Assembly: GCA_002269645.1 (NCBI GenBank)
Contig: NIVC01001186.1
Span: 277,990-341,989, forward strand
Length of the DNA: 64,000 nucleotides
Source: Macrostomum lignano
Taxonomy: Eukaryota
Direction: 5' to 3'
Both the position numbers and the translations under genes were made by a program. Below, in pieces: positions 23,601 to 35,349 of this stretch; position 1 is the first letter of the stretch; the number at the start of each line of letters is the position of its first letter. The notes beneath the pieces were generated by a model, which was given only the letters and a program-made list of their open reading frames with translations, was not told where the DNA came from and did no database searches.

Positions 23601-25872
23601 CAGCAACTGAGGATCTGGGAGGCTGGCCCAGCATCTGAGGATCTGGGAGGCTGGCCCAGCATCTGAGGATCTGGAAGGCTGGCCCAGCAACTGAGGATCT
23701 GGGAGGCTGGCCCAGCAACTGAGGATCTGGGAGGCTGGCCCAGCAACTGAGGATCTGGGAGGCTGGCCCAGCAACTAAGGATCTGGGAGGCTGGCCCAGC
23801 AACTAAGGATCTGGGAGGCTGGCCCAGCAACTGAGGATTTGGAAGGCTGGCCCAGCAACTGAGGATCTGGGAGGCTGGCCCAGCAACTGAGGATCTGGAA
23901 GGCTGGCCCAGCAACTGAGGATCTGGGAGGCTGGCCCAGCAACTGAGGATCTGGGAGGCTGGCCCAGCAACTAAGGATCTGGGAGGCTGGCCCAGAAACT
24001 AAGGATCTGGGAGGCTGGCCCAGCAACTGAGGATCTGGGAGGCTGGTGGCCCAGCAACTGAGGATCTGGGAGGCTGGCCCAGCAACTGAGGATCTGGGAG
24101 GCTGGTGGCCCAGCAACTGAGCATCTGGGAGGCTGGCCCAGCAACTGATGATCTGGGAGGCTGGTGGCCCAGCAACTGAGCATCTGGGAGGCTGGCCCAG
24201 CAGCTGAGGTTCTGGAGCTGATATACGCTACAGCAGTCCCGAACCTGGTATCCAACAGACACTCCAAGCCACTCGCCCCGCTCCTCAGCTACTCGTTCAG
24301 CTAGCGCGGTGGCCGCCAGGCGCCTTGGCTGGGTGACCACAACTCGAGCCGTGGAGCCATGACCAGTTGCAATGGCTGAGTCAATCAGCAGCTGCGACAT
24401 CTGGGTGGACTTCCCGGATCCAGTCGGGCCGGACATAACCAGCACCTGGCAATTCGCAGAAAGTTGTGTTAAAAAACTACCAAGATATTGGAGCTACACT
24501 TGTCGTATCTCGCTTATATAGACAGACAGACAACACACAAAACACAGACAGGCAGCACATAAAACACAGACAGCACACAAAACACAGACAGGCAGCACAT
24601 AAAACACAGACAGACAACACATAAAACACAGACAGGCAGCACATAAAACACAGACAGACAGCACATAAAACATAGACAGACAGCACACAAAACAAAGACA
24701 GGCAGCACATAAAACAGACAGACAACACATAAAACACAGACAGGCAGCACATAAAACACAGACAGACAACACATAAAACACAGACAGGCAGCACATAAAA
24801 CACAGACAGGCAGCACACAAAACACAGACAGGCAGCACATAAAACACAGAAGGCCCCAATAAGAATCGCACAGCCCCCCCTCACCTGATCGCAGCGGTTC
24901 ACGGCGGCAACCAGCCGTTCCCTGGCCTGCCATACGGGCAGCCGCTGCCTGCATTCGGCAATCGCAGGCGAAATTCGCTTCTCCCTCAGCTGCAGCTCCT
25001 TCATCAGCTTGGCATCCAGTTGGGCATTCGGTTTCAAAGCTTTGTAATTCGCTGAACGACAAGCGACAGCTTCGTCAACCGACATCGCAGACAAACCGGT
25101 ATCTCCGCTAACGCCGCCGCTAGCAACACCAGCGTCTGTAGCAACGCCTAGCAACTGTTGCAATCGGACAGCGGTTGAATCGCTCAGTTGAATCAGTTCT
25201 GGCGCATGAAAAATATCCTCAAACTGTCGTTTCTCGCGTTGACGATTGGCGTAAAATAGGCCGATGTCACGGCCGCGAAGGTGGCTGGGATGACGCGAGC
25301 CACTGGCGGCCGGCTGCTCGGTCCAAGCATCCACCCAGCAACTGCCGGCGGCCTGCTGCTGTTGCTTCCGCTGCTTCCGATCTGCTTTTGATCCTCCAGG
25401 AACGCCTTTCTTCTTGGCGTCGCGCTGACGCCGACTGGTTGGGTTGTTAGGATCTAGCGACACTGGGTGAAAGAATCGGGTTGGATTAATTAATAAAGTT
25501 TATTACACTACATATCGGTGGGTTTCATAGACTCGAACTTTTTGCATCAACCAAGATAACATTTTTCACATCTCTAGACACTAATAAAATTACCTCTACA
25601 AAATAGTTTACACTACATATCGGTAGACAATTTATTATTTGCCTTTTTAAAATTTGTCAATTTCATTGTAAACCTGCTTTACCAGTTTAATGCCAATTTT
25701 TCCTTTAATTAAAGATCCTCCAACTTTGAGAATAACAATATAGCTTCTAGAATCGTGTATTGCAAGCAGAATTACACTCACTTCTATATGATAGCGATAG
25801 CCGGTGACAATTAGCGAGTGGTCTGCTAGTACGGCCGCTTGACAGTAGTTGATATATTCGACTTGTCAGCAT
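14648..25872 (-). CDS. DHX36: DEAH-box G-quadruplex helicase DHX36 (RHAU/G4R1), 8 predicted exons, ~1098 aa
   Basis: Exons 25782-25872, 24885-25462, 24245-24445, 23276-23404, 22546-23106, 21170-21568, 15918-17096, 14648-14806 join in frame with GT-AG ends. Motifs: [17 protein letters not shown]|[31 protein letters not shown] and an HA2 region. The N-terminal [14 protein letters not shown] matches the DHX36-specific motif (human HPGHLKGREIGMWY). Exon 1 is the least certain. Confidence 0.9.
15000..15830. repeat. Intronic minisatellite, 16-bp unit (GTGTCTCAATGTCCTG/A)
   Basis: Tandem repetition in the last DHX36 intron, degenerate toward its left end. Confidence 0.93.
16358..16539. repeat. 21-bp tandem repeat within a DHX36 exon, encoding (DQSVNRS/F) x8
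   Basis: In-frame repeat visible in ORF 15843..17048. Confidence 0.85.
17170..21135. repeat. ~4-kb intronic minisatellite, 20-bp unit (ACAGACACCCCAGACTAATC)
   Basis: Tandem repetition filling almost all of intron 17097-21169. Confidence 0.97.
22004..22486 (+). mobile_element. Probable Helitron 3' fragment: 18-bp minisatellite (GGGGATGCTTGCTATCTG) followed by a hairpin and CTAG|T
   Basis: Same minisatellite and same GGGG..AGATTGCTAGTCC terminus as at 38598-39240 on the opposite strand. No 5' end found. Confidence 0.55.
23465..24215. repeat. Intronic minisatellite, 28-bp unit (ACTGAGGATCTGGGAGGCTGGCCCAGCA)
   Basis: Tandem repetition filling intron 23405-24244. Confidence 0.95.
24520..24850. 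repeat. Intronic minisatellite, ~22-26 bp unit (ACACAGACAGGCAGCACATAAA)
   Basis: Tandem repetition in intron 24446-24884. Confidence 0.92.
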
Positions 25873-25948
25873 GAAATGTTAGTGTCAAATTAAGAGAATC
25901 ATGTCAATTTATATCTATACTGTACTTACTTATAGATAGATCACCAGC

Positions 25949-26340
25949 TGTATAGATTGGTCAGATCATTTTTAAGATTGGCCTAATCATTTTTAAGATT
26001 GGCCTGATCATTCTATTGACTGATCGGATCATTAATTTTAGATTGGTCTGATCATTGTATAGATTGTTTTGATCATTGTATAGAGTGGCTTGATCATTGT
26101 ATAGATTGGTCTGATCATTGTATAGATTGTTCTGATCATTGTATAGATTGGTCTGATCATTGTATAGATTGTTTTGATCATTGTATAGAGTGGCTTGATC
26201 ATTGTATAGATTGTTCTGATCATTGTATAGAGTGGCTTGATCATTGTATAGATTGGTCTGATCATTGTATAGATTGTTCTGATCATTGTATAGATTGGTC
26301 TGAACATTGTATAGATTGGTCAGATTAATGATAGATTGGT
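25949..26340. repeat. Minisatellite, 21-bp unit (AGATTGGTCTGATCATTGTAT), immediately upstream of DHX36
   Basis: Tandem repetition. Confidence 0.92.
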
Positions 26341-27023
26341 CGCGTCATTGTAAAAAAAACATAATTACTGAATACCATTCAATTAAAAAATATCCTATAA
26401 TCAACACAAAAATAACCAATAGCAGTAAGAATATAAACAAATTAAGCCTTTTTAAAAGAAAGAAATATAAACGAAACAGTAAATTTATTTGAGATGCAAC
26501 AACTTTGCGAAATCAGCACCAAACAATCTTTAAGACTGTCGCTCAGATGCACCAATATTATAGATAAGCAGAGTTAGTAATGCCTAGGTGTGTATAATGT
26601 AATTGCCGATCCAAAAATTACTTTGTTATTCAATGAACAGGTAAGGAAGTGATTATCATTGGAATCTAATGAATATGCAACATTATAAAACTTTTCATGG
26701 AAAATGAGCTATTACGACTTTCAAATAAATTAACTCCAAGAAACATATCGCCTTATGAAAGAATAAGTAAAGATAGCAACAAAATAACAAATTATAAAGT
26801 ACAGATAGAAAATGCTTCTCCAGAAAAATGCTTACTTAAAATTTTTTGACTTTAAACGCAAAACTGAAAGGTCCATGGATATTTTAAGCAACAAATTTAT
26901 TAATATATTATTACTATAAGTAGTCATACAATTACGTGAATTGAACAATTTATAAAGCAAATCTGATACGAAAAAAATGTTGCATTAATGAACAGGTCAT
27001 TTTTACACGCAGGTTAGGTGAAG

Positions 27024-27412
27024 ACCACAGATACTAAAATAAATAGGCATAGGCATTTATACTTAGCAAAACAGCTTTCTACTTTCAGTTCAGTAGCAAA
27101 GAAGAATACAGAAGCTATTTTATAAAACTACAGATAGCTGAAATGACTTTGATAAGTTTAGAAGCCTTGGTTCAACAATAATGTACATTAGCCAGTCCAC
27201 TGAAATGTACATTGCAGCTTTAGGCTGGAATTCCGAGAAAGGCAATAAAAATTGGGGTGGTAGTGTGGAAAGGCGCGGTTGGAAAGAGGCAATAAATGAA
27301 CCTTGGCTTTAAAAATACATAAAAATGCTTCAGTTTAACTTGCTACTGAACTGAAAGTAGTTTACACGCAAATGTGCTGAGTGGCCCATTTAGTTATGCC
27401 AGTATCTGTGGT
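27024..27412. mobile_element. Foldback/MITE-like element with nested inverted repeats
   Basis: ACCACAGATACT (27024-27035) pairs with 27401-27412. A perfect 21-bp inverted repeat pairs 27079-27099 with 27340-27360. Confidence 0.55.
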
Positions 27413-27616
27413 AAAGACAAGGTAAGGTGCACCAGCTCAAAACCCTGATTAACCGGTCAGGAACACCACATCAAATATACGCTTTAATAACCGATATAGT
27501 ACAACCTAAACAACCTGGTTATCTGAAGACTTCACAGAAACGAAAAACATACTGAAGCAAGACGCTAATATACAGAACAAGAAAGGTCAATCAAGCATAT
27601 TTAAACACACATAAAG

Positions 27617-30600
27617 TCAGGACTTGTTTCTCAATTCAGTGAGCAATTGTTTAACGCCAAATCTGGCTGGTCGATCGCGAATCAAACAGCCAGTCAGACA
27701 GGCTGCTAAAGCGGTAGACAAGGCGAACCCTGTGTCCGACCGGTGCCTGGGCAGCCAATCAGGCAGCGGCACCGGGTCCCGGCCGTGTCTCAACTGATAG
27801 GCAAGCGACGGGAAATCTTTGAGATGAGCAAACGGAGTGCTGCCCCACAGCATCAGGTACAGGATGCAGCCAAGCGACCACACGTCGGATTTGCGAGAAA
27901 AAATCGGCTTCTCATCTGGACTCCACACAATAGTCTCCGGAGCCATGAAACCTAATGTGGCGTGTACTTCATTTTTCAGCATGTCGCTAGTAACCGATTG
28001 GTCAAGCACGTGAGCGGCACCCAGATCGATCAGCTTAGGCAGGCCCCGGCATAGGACAAAATTAGCCGGCTTTAAGTCCATGTGTACGCAGCCGACAGAG
28101 TGCATGGCTTGCACGCAAAGCAGCATTTGTTCCCAGTAAAACGCCACCCCGCTTAGCGGCAGGCCGGGATTTGCCGACAGAAATTTAGCGAAATCGCAGT
28201 CGCCATATTCTATTAGTAGTAGGAGACGGTTGTTGCGAATTTCGTGAGCGAATAGCTTCACTACCTGCGGGTGGGCGGCGGTGGTACCGGTTCTTCAGGG
28301 AATGCCGATTTTCACAATCTCAGATTCTTCAGGGAATGCCGATTTTCACACTTTCAGATTCTTCAGGGAATGCCGATTTTCACACTCTCAGATTCTTCAG
28401 GGAATGCCGATTTTCACACTTTCAGATTCTTCAGGGAATGCCGATTTTCACACTGCCAGATTCTTCAGGGAATGCCGATTTTCACACTCTCAGATTCTTC
28501 AGGGAATGCCGATTTTCACACTCTCAGATTCTTCAGGGAATGCCGATTTTCACACTTTCAGATTCTTCAGGGAATGCCGATTTTCACAGTCCCTGATTCT
28601 TCAGGAAATGCCGATTTTCACAGTCCCTGATTCTTCAGGGAATGCCGATTTTCACACTCTCAGATTCTTCAGGGAATGCCGATTTTCACACTCTCAGATT
28701 CTTCAGGGAATGCCGATTTTCACACTCTCAGGTTCTTCAGGGAATGCCGATATGGACCCCCGATGCCTCAGGGAATGCCGATCTGGACCCCCGATGCCTC
28801 AGGGAATGCCGATTTTCACACTGCCAGATTCTTCAGGGAATGCCGATTTTCACACTCTCAGATTCTTCAGGGAATGCCGATTTTCACACTGCCAGATTCT
28901 TCAGGGAATGCCGATTTTCACACTCTCAGATTCTTCAGGGAATGCCGATTTTCACACTCTCAGATTCTTCAGGGAATGCCGATTTTCACACTCTCAGATT
29001 CTTCAGGGAATGCCGATTTTCACACTCTCAGGTTCTTCAGGGAATGCCGATTTTCACACTCTCAGGTTCTTCAGGGAATGCCGATTTTCACACTCTCAGA
29101 TACTTCAGGGAATGCCGATTTTCACACTCTCAGATTCTTCAGGGAATGCCGATTTTCACACTCTCAGATTCTTCAGGGAATGCCGATTTTCACCTCTCAG
29201 ATACTTCAGGGAATGCCGATATGGACCCCCGATGCCTCAGGGAATGCCGATCTGGACCCCCGATGCCTCAGGGAATGCCGATCTGGACCCCTTTGGATTT
29301 GAACGCTGCTAAACTCTCCAATACTTCAGGGAATGCCGCTACACCCTCCAATACTTCAGGGAATGCCGCTACACTCTCCAATACTTCAGGGACTTCCGCT
29401 ACACCCTCTCTTCAGCTTAGCCAACAAAACGCCAGTCTCACCTTTCCAGAATCCTTCAACAGCTGCAAATACTTTAACTCTTTCTGCTCCTCAATCGATC
29501 CCTCGCCTTCCAATCTAGTATCCTTGAGCGCGAAGAACTCTCCTTTAGTGGAGGCCACCAGGCTGACCGTACCGAAGCCACCTCGGCCGATTTCGCGCAG
29601 CACTCGAAGCTGATAATCACCCAGGCTGACCAGTTGACCCCAGGACTCCGCACCGCCGCAGTTGCCAGTGCCAATTGAAGTGCCTCTAGCGCGACCAGTT
29701 GCTGTTGAACAATCGGCATGATTAGCCGTGTGCTCAGCCGATCCAACTTTCATCAGAGTGCTCAAACCGCCAGCATTGGTCAGATCGGCGTAGCCGGACT
29801 CGCCAACCAGCTCGGCTGGGCAGATCTGTCGGAGAGCCGCCCGACGTAGCAGCGGCACGCAGTCAGACTCGAGATAGCGCAGCGCGTTCAACGGACTGTC
29901 TGTAGCAGGTTGGCCGCCAGGGCTTGACCGTTTGCCTGTCAACATAGCCAGAGCCGATGACAGCGCAGATGACACGGAGCCTGACAGGGCGGCAGCCAAA
30001 TGGATGGCTTCTTCTAATCGTTTGGCAGCCATCTCGGAGTCTGAGCAGCCGCGGAGCAGGCCTCCGCCGCCCAGGATGTAGCCGGCGCGGAGTACAGCGC
30101 AGGCGCTAAGGCACAGCGACAGGGGGCGAGTAGCCAAGTGCTGCTTGATTGACACGGCCTGTGGAAATGGACCAGCGGCTTTACAATATAACAGAGGCAT
30201 ACATGCGCAACTGCTGACTGACCTGGCCGATCCCGCCACCATAAATTGTGGTCGACCAGGGGTAAGTCGCAAAAATGCCCACCCGAAAAAATACAGGCGT
30301 AGTACTAATTAGATGACGAGGAATCCAGCCTTTATAAGACAGTTATAGTTACTCCTGCCTTTTACCCATAATTGCGTTAATTGCTTAAAGGTTTATTTCA
30401 TAGGTAAGTCGCATGGCCAGTGTAAATCAATGTTTGCAATGTTGTTTGCAATGACTCTTTTATCGATTCTTGTCACGATAGCGTTTTCAAAGAGGATTTA
30501 AAAATTAGAAAGAATTAACGGGAGCCTAACACTAAGGACGACTTAAGTAGTAGGACGGGATATATTATTTCTTAGAAATTTTTTGAAGGCAGGTATTTCC

Positions 30601-31606
30601 AAAAAAATACACTATTATGGAGATAGGAAGTGTTCATTTTTTCAACACAAAAATTGTTATTGCTTTCGATAGGAAGCAGATCCAGTGTTCATCTTTTGAT
30701 ATGTTGAGCATTTCTTATTGCTCTATTGATAGTCATAAAGCTTTTTGTTCAGAAAATTAGGATTCTAATGTTAATTTTTTATTTCACGTACATTTCTTGT
30801 ACCTAAAAATTTTATAAAAATACATGGCACAGTTCGACTCTGGTTTTATGAATCTACTTTATCATCTCGGTTGCACCATATTGTTTTACAGTCAGCTGAG
30901 AATGATAAAATCGATTGTTATTGCTTTCACATTTTTTGATAACAATTTTTTGCTGAAGAAAATGAAAACTTCCTATCTCCGTAGTGTATTTTTTAGGAAC
31001 GACTTGCCTTCAAAAATTTGCCGTCCTTGTTATACACATTCACACAGGGTGTAAAGCGGCCCTGACTTTCCAATCGCGAGGCATCGAACCAGGGGTTGCA
31101 CACCGTTGAGCTGGGGGGGGGGGGGGGGGGGTACAAGAACTCACACTAAATGACATCAGATAGCAGTCGGCAGCAACAGACATATTGCTAAGCCGCAATT
31201 CAATCAGAATCAGATCGGCCAGATGCCCAGCCGGGTTGTCCTCAGCCAGCGGTGCCAGCTGCCTCTGCACTCGCCAAGCGTAGTGCACAGCCACATACTG
31301 CGGCAGCTGGTTCACCGTGACAGCAAGTCGGCCAACTAGAAAAGCTGGCCAAACGCTGGCGGGCAAGCGCCGATTACTGAAGACCTCCTTGGCGGCCGAT
31401 TCCCACTCTAACAGTTCGGGCAGAAGCTCCGGAGGCGGCTGCTCTTCTTCATCCTCTTCTTCTTGGCCGTCTTCTTCTTCTTCTTGTTCAGCGTCGTCTT
31501 CTACATTGTTGCGTTCGAAATCTTCGTCGTTAAAATTTCTACTGTCGCCAGCGTCGATTTCCATATCGCAGTCGGTGGTGACGTCATCGTCGTTGGCCAG
31601 CCGCGG
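27617..31606 (-). CDS. TTK: Divergent Mps1/TTK-like protein kinase with an acidic N-terminal region (5' end uncertain)
   Basis: Exons 31145-31606 (or from ATG at 31564), 29442-30158 and 27617-28264 join in phase 0. Kinase motifs: IGRGGFG, FALK, alphaC E, YWEQML..V..MH..G.VHMDLKPANF, DLG, MAPE, KSDVWSLGCILY.M..G.TPF. These are characteristic of the Mps1 family. Confidence 0.8.
28290..29400. repeat. Intronic minisatellite, 34-bp unit (TCAGGGAATGCCGATTTTCACACTCTCAGATTCT)
   Basis: Tandem repetition filling intron 28265-29441. Confidence 0.95.
30550..31028. mobile_element. Foldback/MITE-like element in the kinase intron
   Basis: ~85-90 bp imperfect inverted arms: 30576-30662 (AAATTTTTTGAAGGC...GGAGATAGGAAGT...AAAAATTGTTAT) versus 30933-31019. 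Confidence 0.6.
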
Positions 31607-32579
31607 CTGGGACGATTTCGATATGGTTGTCAGAAAAAATGAGATATTTAGGTAAACAGCGAGAGTAACTATGACTACTATATAATTATGAAACACATTT
31701 TCATCTAATCAGTAGTTTAGAACAACCCTAATATTTTAGTCAACTCTAAATTTACATTAGTGACAAAGAATACATATATATATACTTGAAAAAATACTTC
31801 TGATTACTATAGGTGCAATACACCTAGTCTTGATTTTTTGTTTCTTTTTTTAAATTTGTTTAAAAAGATAGGCATAACTTATACACTTACAACACAAATG
31901 GCCAGCATACAAAGATGACACATACATTACAACACTAATAAAATAATTCTAGGTGACAGACATTTTGGTGAAAAGAGAATGCTTTTGTGACAGGTCATTT
32001 TGACAAAGTAAAGCAGTAGAGAGCATTCTAATTTCTAATGAGTAAATAAAAAAGATGGAAGATAATACAGTTGGTATATGCAAGAGAACTTTTGACTTGT
32101 TTTTTTCTGTTTGACTGATTGTTCAGTCAAGGCTAAATCAATAATTAGGGGCAGTGTATTAAGTCTGCTAGACTAGAAGTAGAGCTGCTGGGAAAACACA
32201 GTCAACATTTAATTGTTGGCATTAGCATCCAACCAAGCAAAGAATTGATATGCTACCAGATTGTATATTTATAATTTTGAGCTACCTGTCAAGGTTATTA
32301 TTATACCTTTGAAAGAGTAGGCCTGCCCAACGAATTGATTAGTTTTTTGGCAGTGAAAGAAGCACCAGGTTTGTTTCTGCCTGCTCTGCTTGAGTCATTC
32401 AAGATGGTCATGTAATCAGACAGCTGAACTAGCACAATCATGGTGAAGATGGCGCATGCTATAGCATATAGGAGGCCATATGTGGCATCAAGGCTAATGC
32501 ATGACAGACACAAGACCCTACTCCAGTAAGCATCATGCACTGAAGAAAATGGTTCACAATGTGCAACATGACCATAAAG

Positions 32580-35349
32580 CATGGGTCCCCAACCTGCGGC
32601 CCGCGGGCCGCATGCGGCCCGCGAGCCCTTTTTGTGCGGCCCGCGGCACCTTCCAGTAGTTTGCATTACATGCGGCCCGCCGAGTCTATCACTGGATTTC
32701 ACTGCGGCCCCCGAAAATGTTAAAGTTTTCCTAGCTGTATTGAAAATATGCCCAGAAATCTCTTACCCCCCCAACCGCTAGAAGCGACGCTTCAATTCAT
32801 TTGGATTGCTATTTTAGCCACTCCTAGCGCACAAATGTACATGCAGTCAAGAGTTGAAGTGAAAAGTAGGAAGGAATGCTAGCTAATATCAATAAGGTTC
32901 AAGGCAAAGGAGGTGGGGTTGGGGTAAGGGCTCTACTGCCTCTCTCTCTCTCATGAAAGCTAGTTTAGTTCAGTCGATATTTTCTCTCCCCCACAGTGCG
33001 CTGATTCAACCTCCGCTGATTCAACCCCTCACCGCTTCAAACCTCTCTCTCCATATCTGGCTACGCATGCGTGGGGGAAGGGGGAGTGACGCACAACACA
33101 ACCCCCCACTTTCCCTCCCCCCGCACTAGTATATTCTCGCTAGCAGTTTATTGGCTGCTTCTTTCTCACTGTACAATGAAACGGCCTGACGGGTCTGCGG
33201 CCCAAAGCCTCGCTGGGGGTGGCATTTCGTCTCTAGTCCAGCCCATAGTTCTTGTAACCAATAGAAACTTATCGATTTTTCTTCTACACCCTTTTTCATG
33301 GGTGTACATTGTTTATTGGCCCTTAAATGCCAGTAGAGTTCCTTAAAATGGTGGACCAGTAGCAAGGAGTAACTCTATAACTCAGTAACTCTATAGTTCC
33401 AGATGGCACACGCTGCAAAAAAGAGGAAGATCGCGGAGGAGAAGCGCTCCTTTAATGCCGACTGGTGTCAGTTCTTTTTCGTGGAGCGCAAGGGGAAGCC
33501 GCTGTGTGTCATCTGCCAGGAGACGATCGCCGTATGCAAGGAGTTCAATGTGAAGCGGCACTTCACCACGAACCATGCCAAGTTTGTGGACATGCCGGAG
33601 GACAAGCGCAAGACTGAGTTCACTCGCTTGGCAGCCAACTTGGACCGGCAGAATGCCCTCTTTAAAAAGCCTGTGAATCTGGCTCAATCTGCCGCAATCC
33701 GCAACACGCGCGCCAGCTACCGAGTTGCCCACCTGGTAGCGACCCAGCTAAAGCCCTTCACCGACGGGGCATTTGTAAAGGAGTGCATGATGGCCGCTGT
33801 AGAGGAAGTCTGCCCAGAAAAAAAGGATCTCTTCACCAACATCAGCCTCTCTGCTTCCACCATCACTCGCCGCATTGAAGAGATGGCAATCGACATTCGT
33901 TCAACGCTTAAGCAGCGCTGCCACAGTGCACGTTTCTTCTCCATTGCCCTCGACGAGTCTACCGACGTCAAGGACACAGCTCAGCTCGCCATCTTCTTTC
34001 GTGGCGTCACGGACACCTTTGACGTAGTGGAAGAATTCGTCCGGCTGATGCCGATGCAAGGAACCACCACTGGTGCCGACATCCTGCAGTGCGTGCTAAA
34101 GTTGGTGCAGGAATTCGAGCTGGATCTATCACGCCTGTGTGCCATTACCACTGACGGTGCACCTGCCATGGTTGGGCCAACCAAGGGCTTTGCTTCCCTC
34201 CTGGTAAAGCACTGCCGGGACCAGGGACATATGCAGGACATCATGCGCATCCACTGCATCGTACACCAAGAAGTCCTCTGTGCAAAGTCGACCACCATAA
34301 CGTCCGTTATGGGCGTCGTGGTGAAGGCGGTGAATTTTGTGCTAGCTCGGGCCCTGAATCACCGCCAGTTCCGGGACTTGCTGTCAGAGGCCAAAGCACA
34401 GTATGGGGACCTTCTCTATTACTGTGAGGTGCGCTGGCTCAGCCGCGGGAAGATGCTGCAAAGAGTCTTCGATCTGAGGGAGGAGCTAGCCGACTTCTTG
34501 GATTCAAAGGGAGCTGCTGTCCAGGAGTTCACTGACCCAGCGTGGGTGCAAGACCTCGCCTTCCTTGTTGACCTGACTGGGCACCTCAACACCCTGAACA
34601 CCCAGCTGCAAGGCCGTGGCGTCCTTGTGCCAGACATGATAAACAAGATCAAGGCATTCGAGACCAAGCTCAGGCTGTGGGAAGCACAGATAAAGAATCG
34701 AGAGCTCACACACTTTCCCAACCTTGCAACTTTCGAGCTGACTAATTCAGCTGCCCAGAAGTACGCTGACGCCCTTTCGGACCTGAGGGACGAGTTCGCC
34801 AACCGCTTCTCGGAGTTGCGAGCGAATTCAATGGAGCTGAAGCTATTCAGCAGCCCTTTCGACCTGGATGCTGATGAAGTGCCTGCCAATCTGCAGATGG
34901 AGCTCATTGAGCTTCATTGTTCTGACGAGCTCAAAGCAAAGTTCGGCTGCACCTCCCCAATGGGATTTTGGAGCCAGGGCATCAAGCCTGCTGACTTTCC
35001 AGGCCTCGTCCTACACGCCACGAAGATTGCTGCCATGTTTGGTTCTACATACGCATGTGAACAGCTCTTCAGCCGAATGAAGCTGACCAAGAGCAAAACT
35101 AGAGCGCAGTTGACTGACGGCCACCTCGAAGATGCACTGCTGCTCGCTGTTTCGTCGATCAAGCCAAATGTTGAACTGCTGTCGAAGGATAAGGAGCACC
35201 AGCCATCTCATTGATTTTGTTTGACATTTGGAAATGGACATTTTTGCTTGGTTTTGTGTATTTCATGTTTTGTGTATTAGCATGCGGCCCGCACACACCA
35301 AGCCAGTTGTCAATGCGGCCCGCCGCCCATAGAAGGTTGGGGACCCCTG
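32580..35349 (+). mobile_element. Full-length autonomous hAT DNA transposon (Buster/Charlie/SPIN-type), 2770 bp
   Basis: 16-bp TIRs CATGGGTCCCCAACCT / CAGGGGTCCCCAACCT (1 mismatch). 8-bp TSD CCATAAAG (32572-32579, 35350-35357) fits nnnTAnnn. Clustered subterminal GCGGCCC motifs at both ends. Intact transposase. Confidence 0.96.
33403..35214 (+). CDS. hAT transposase, 603 aa (GTF2IRD2/EPM2AIP1/SPIN-like)
   Basis: Uninterrupted ORF with a BED finger (CVIC...HFTTNH), LDESTD, TTDGAPAM, CIVH (CxxH), VRW, STYACEQLFS and the C-terminal dimerisation region. Confidence 0.95.
   Translation: MAHAAKKRKIAEEKRSFNADWCQFFFVERKGKPLCVICQETIAVCKEFNVKRHFTTNHAKFVDMPEDKRKTEFTRLAANLDRQNALFKKPVNLAQSAAIRNTRASYRVAHLVATQLKPFTDGAFVKECMMAAVEEVCPEKKDLFTNISLSASTITRRIEEMAIDIRSTLKQRCHSARFFSIALDESTDVKDTAQLAIFFRGVTDTFDVVEEFVRLMPMQGTTTGADILQCVLKLVQEFELDLSRLCAITTDGAPAMVGPTKGFASLLVKHCRDQGHMQDIMRIHCIVHQEVLCAKSTTITSVMGVVVKAVNFVLARALNHRQFRDLLSEAKAQYGDLLYYCEVRWLSRGKMLQRVFDLREELADFLDSKGAAVQEFTDPAWVQDLAFLVDLTGHLNTLNTQLQGRGVLVPDMINKIKAFETKLRLWEAQIKNRELTHFPNLATFELTNSAAQKYADALSDLRDEFANRFSELRANSMELKLFSSPFDLDADEVPANLQMELIELHCSDELKAKFGCTSPMGFWSQGIKPADFPGLVLHATKIAAMFGSTYACEQLFSRMKLTKSKTRAQLTDGHLEDALLLAVSSIKPNVELLSKDKEHQPSH

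Noticed and set aside
28271-29613. ORFs of 200-340 aa with MPIFTLSDSSGNADFH repeats
   Set aside because: 34-bp satellite within the kinase intron, on the antisense strand.
32307-32579. DHHC palmitoyltransferase-like reading of the hydrophobic frame
   Set aside because: No DHHC or TTxE motif found nearby. Kept only as an unassigned candidate exon.
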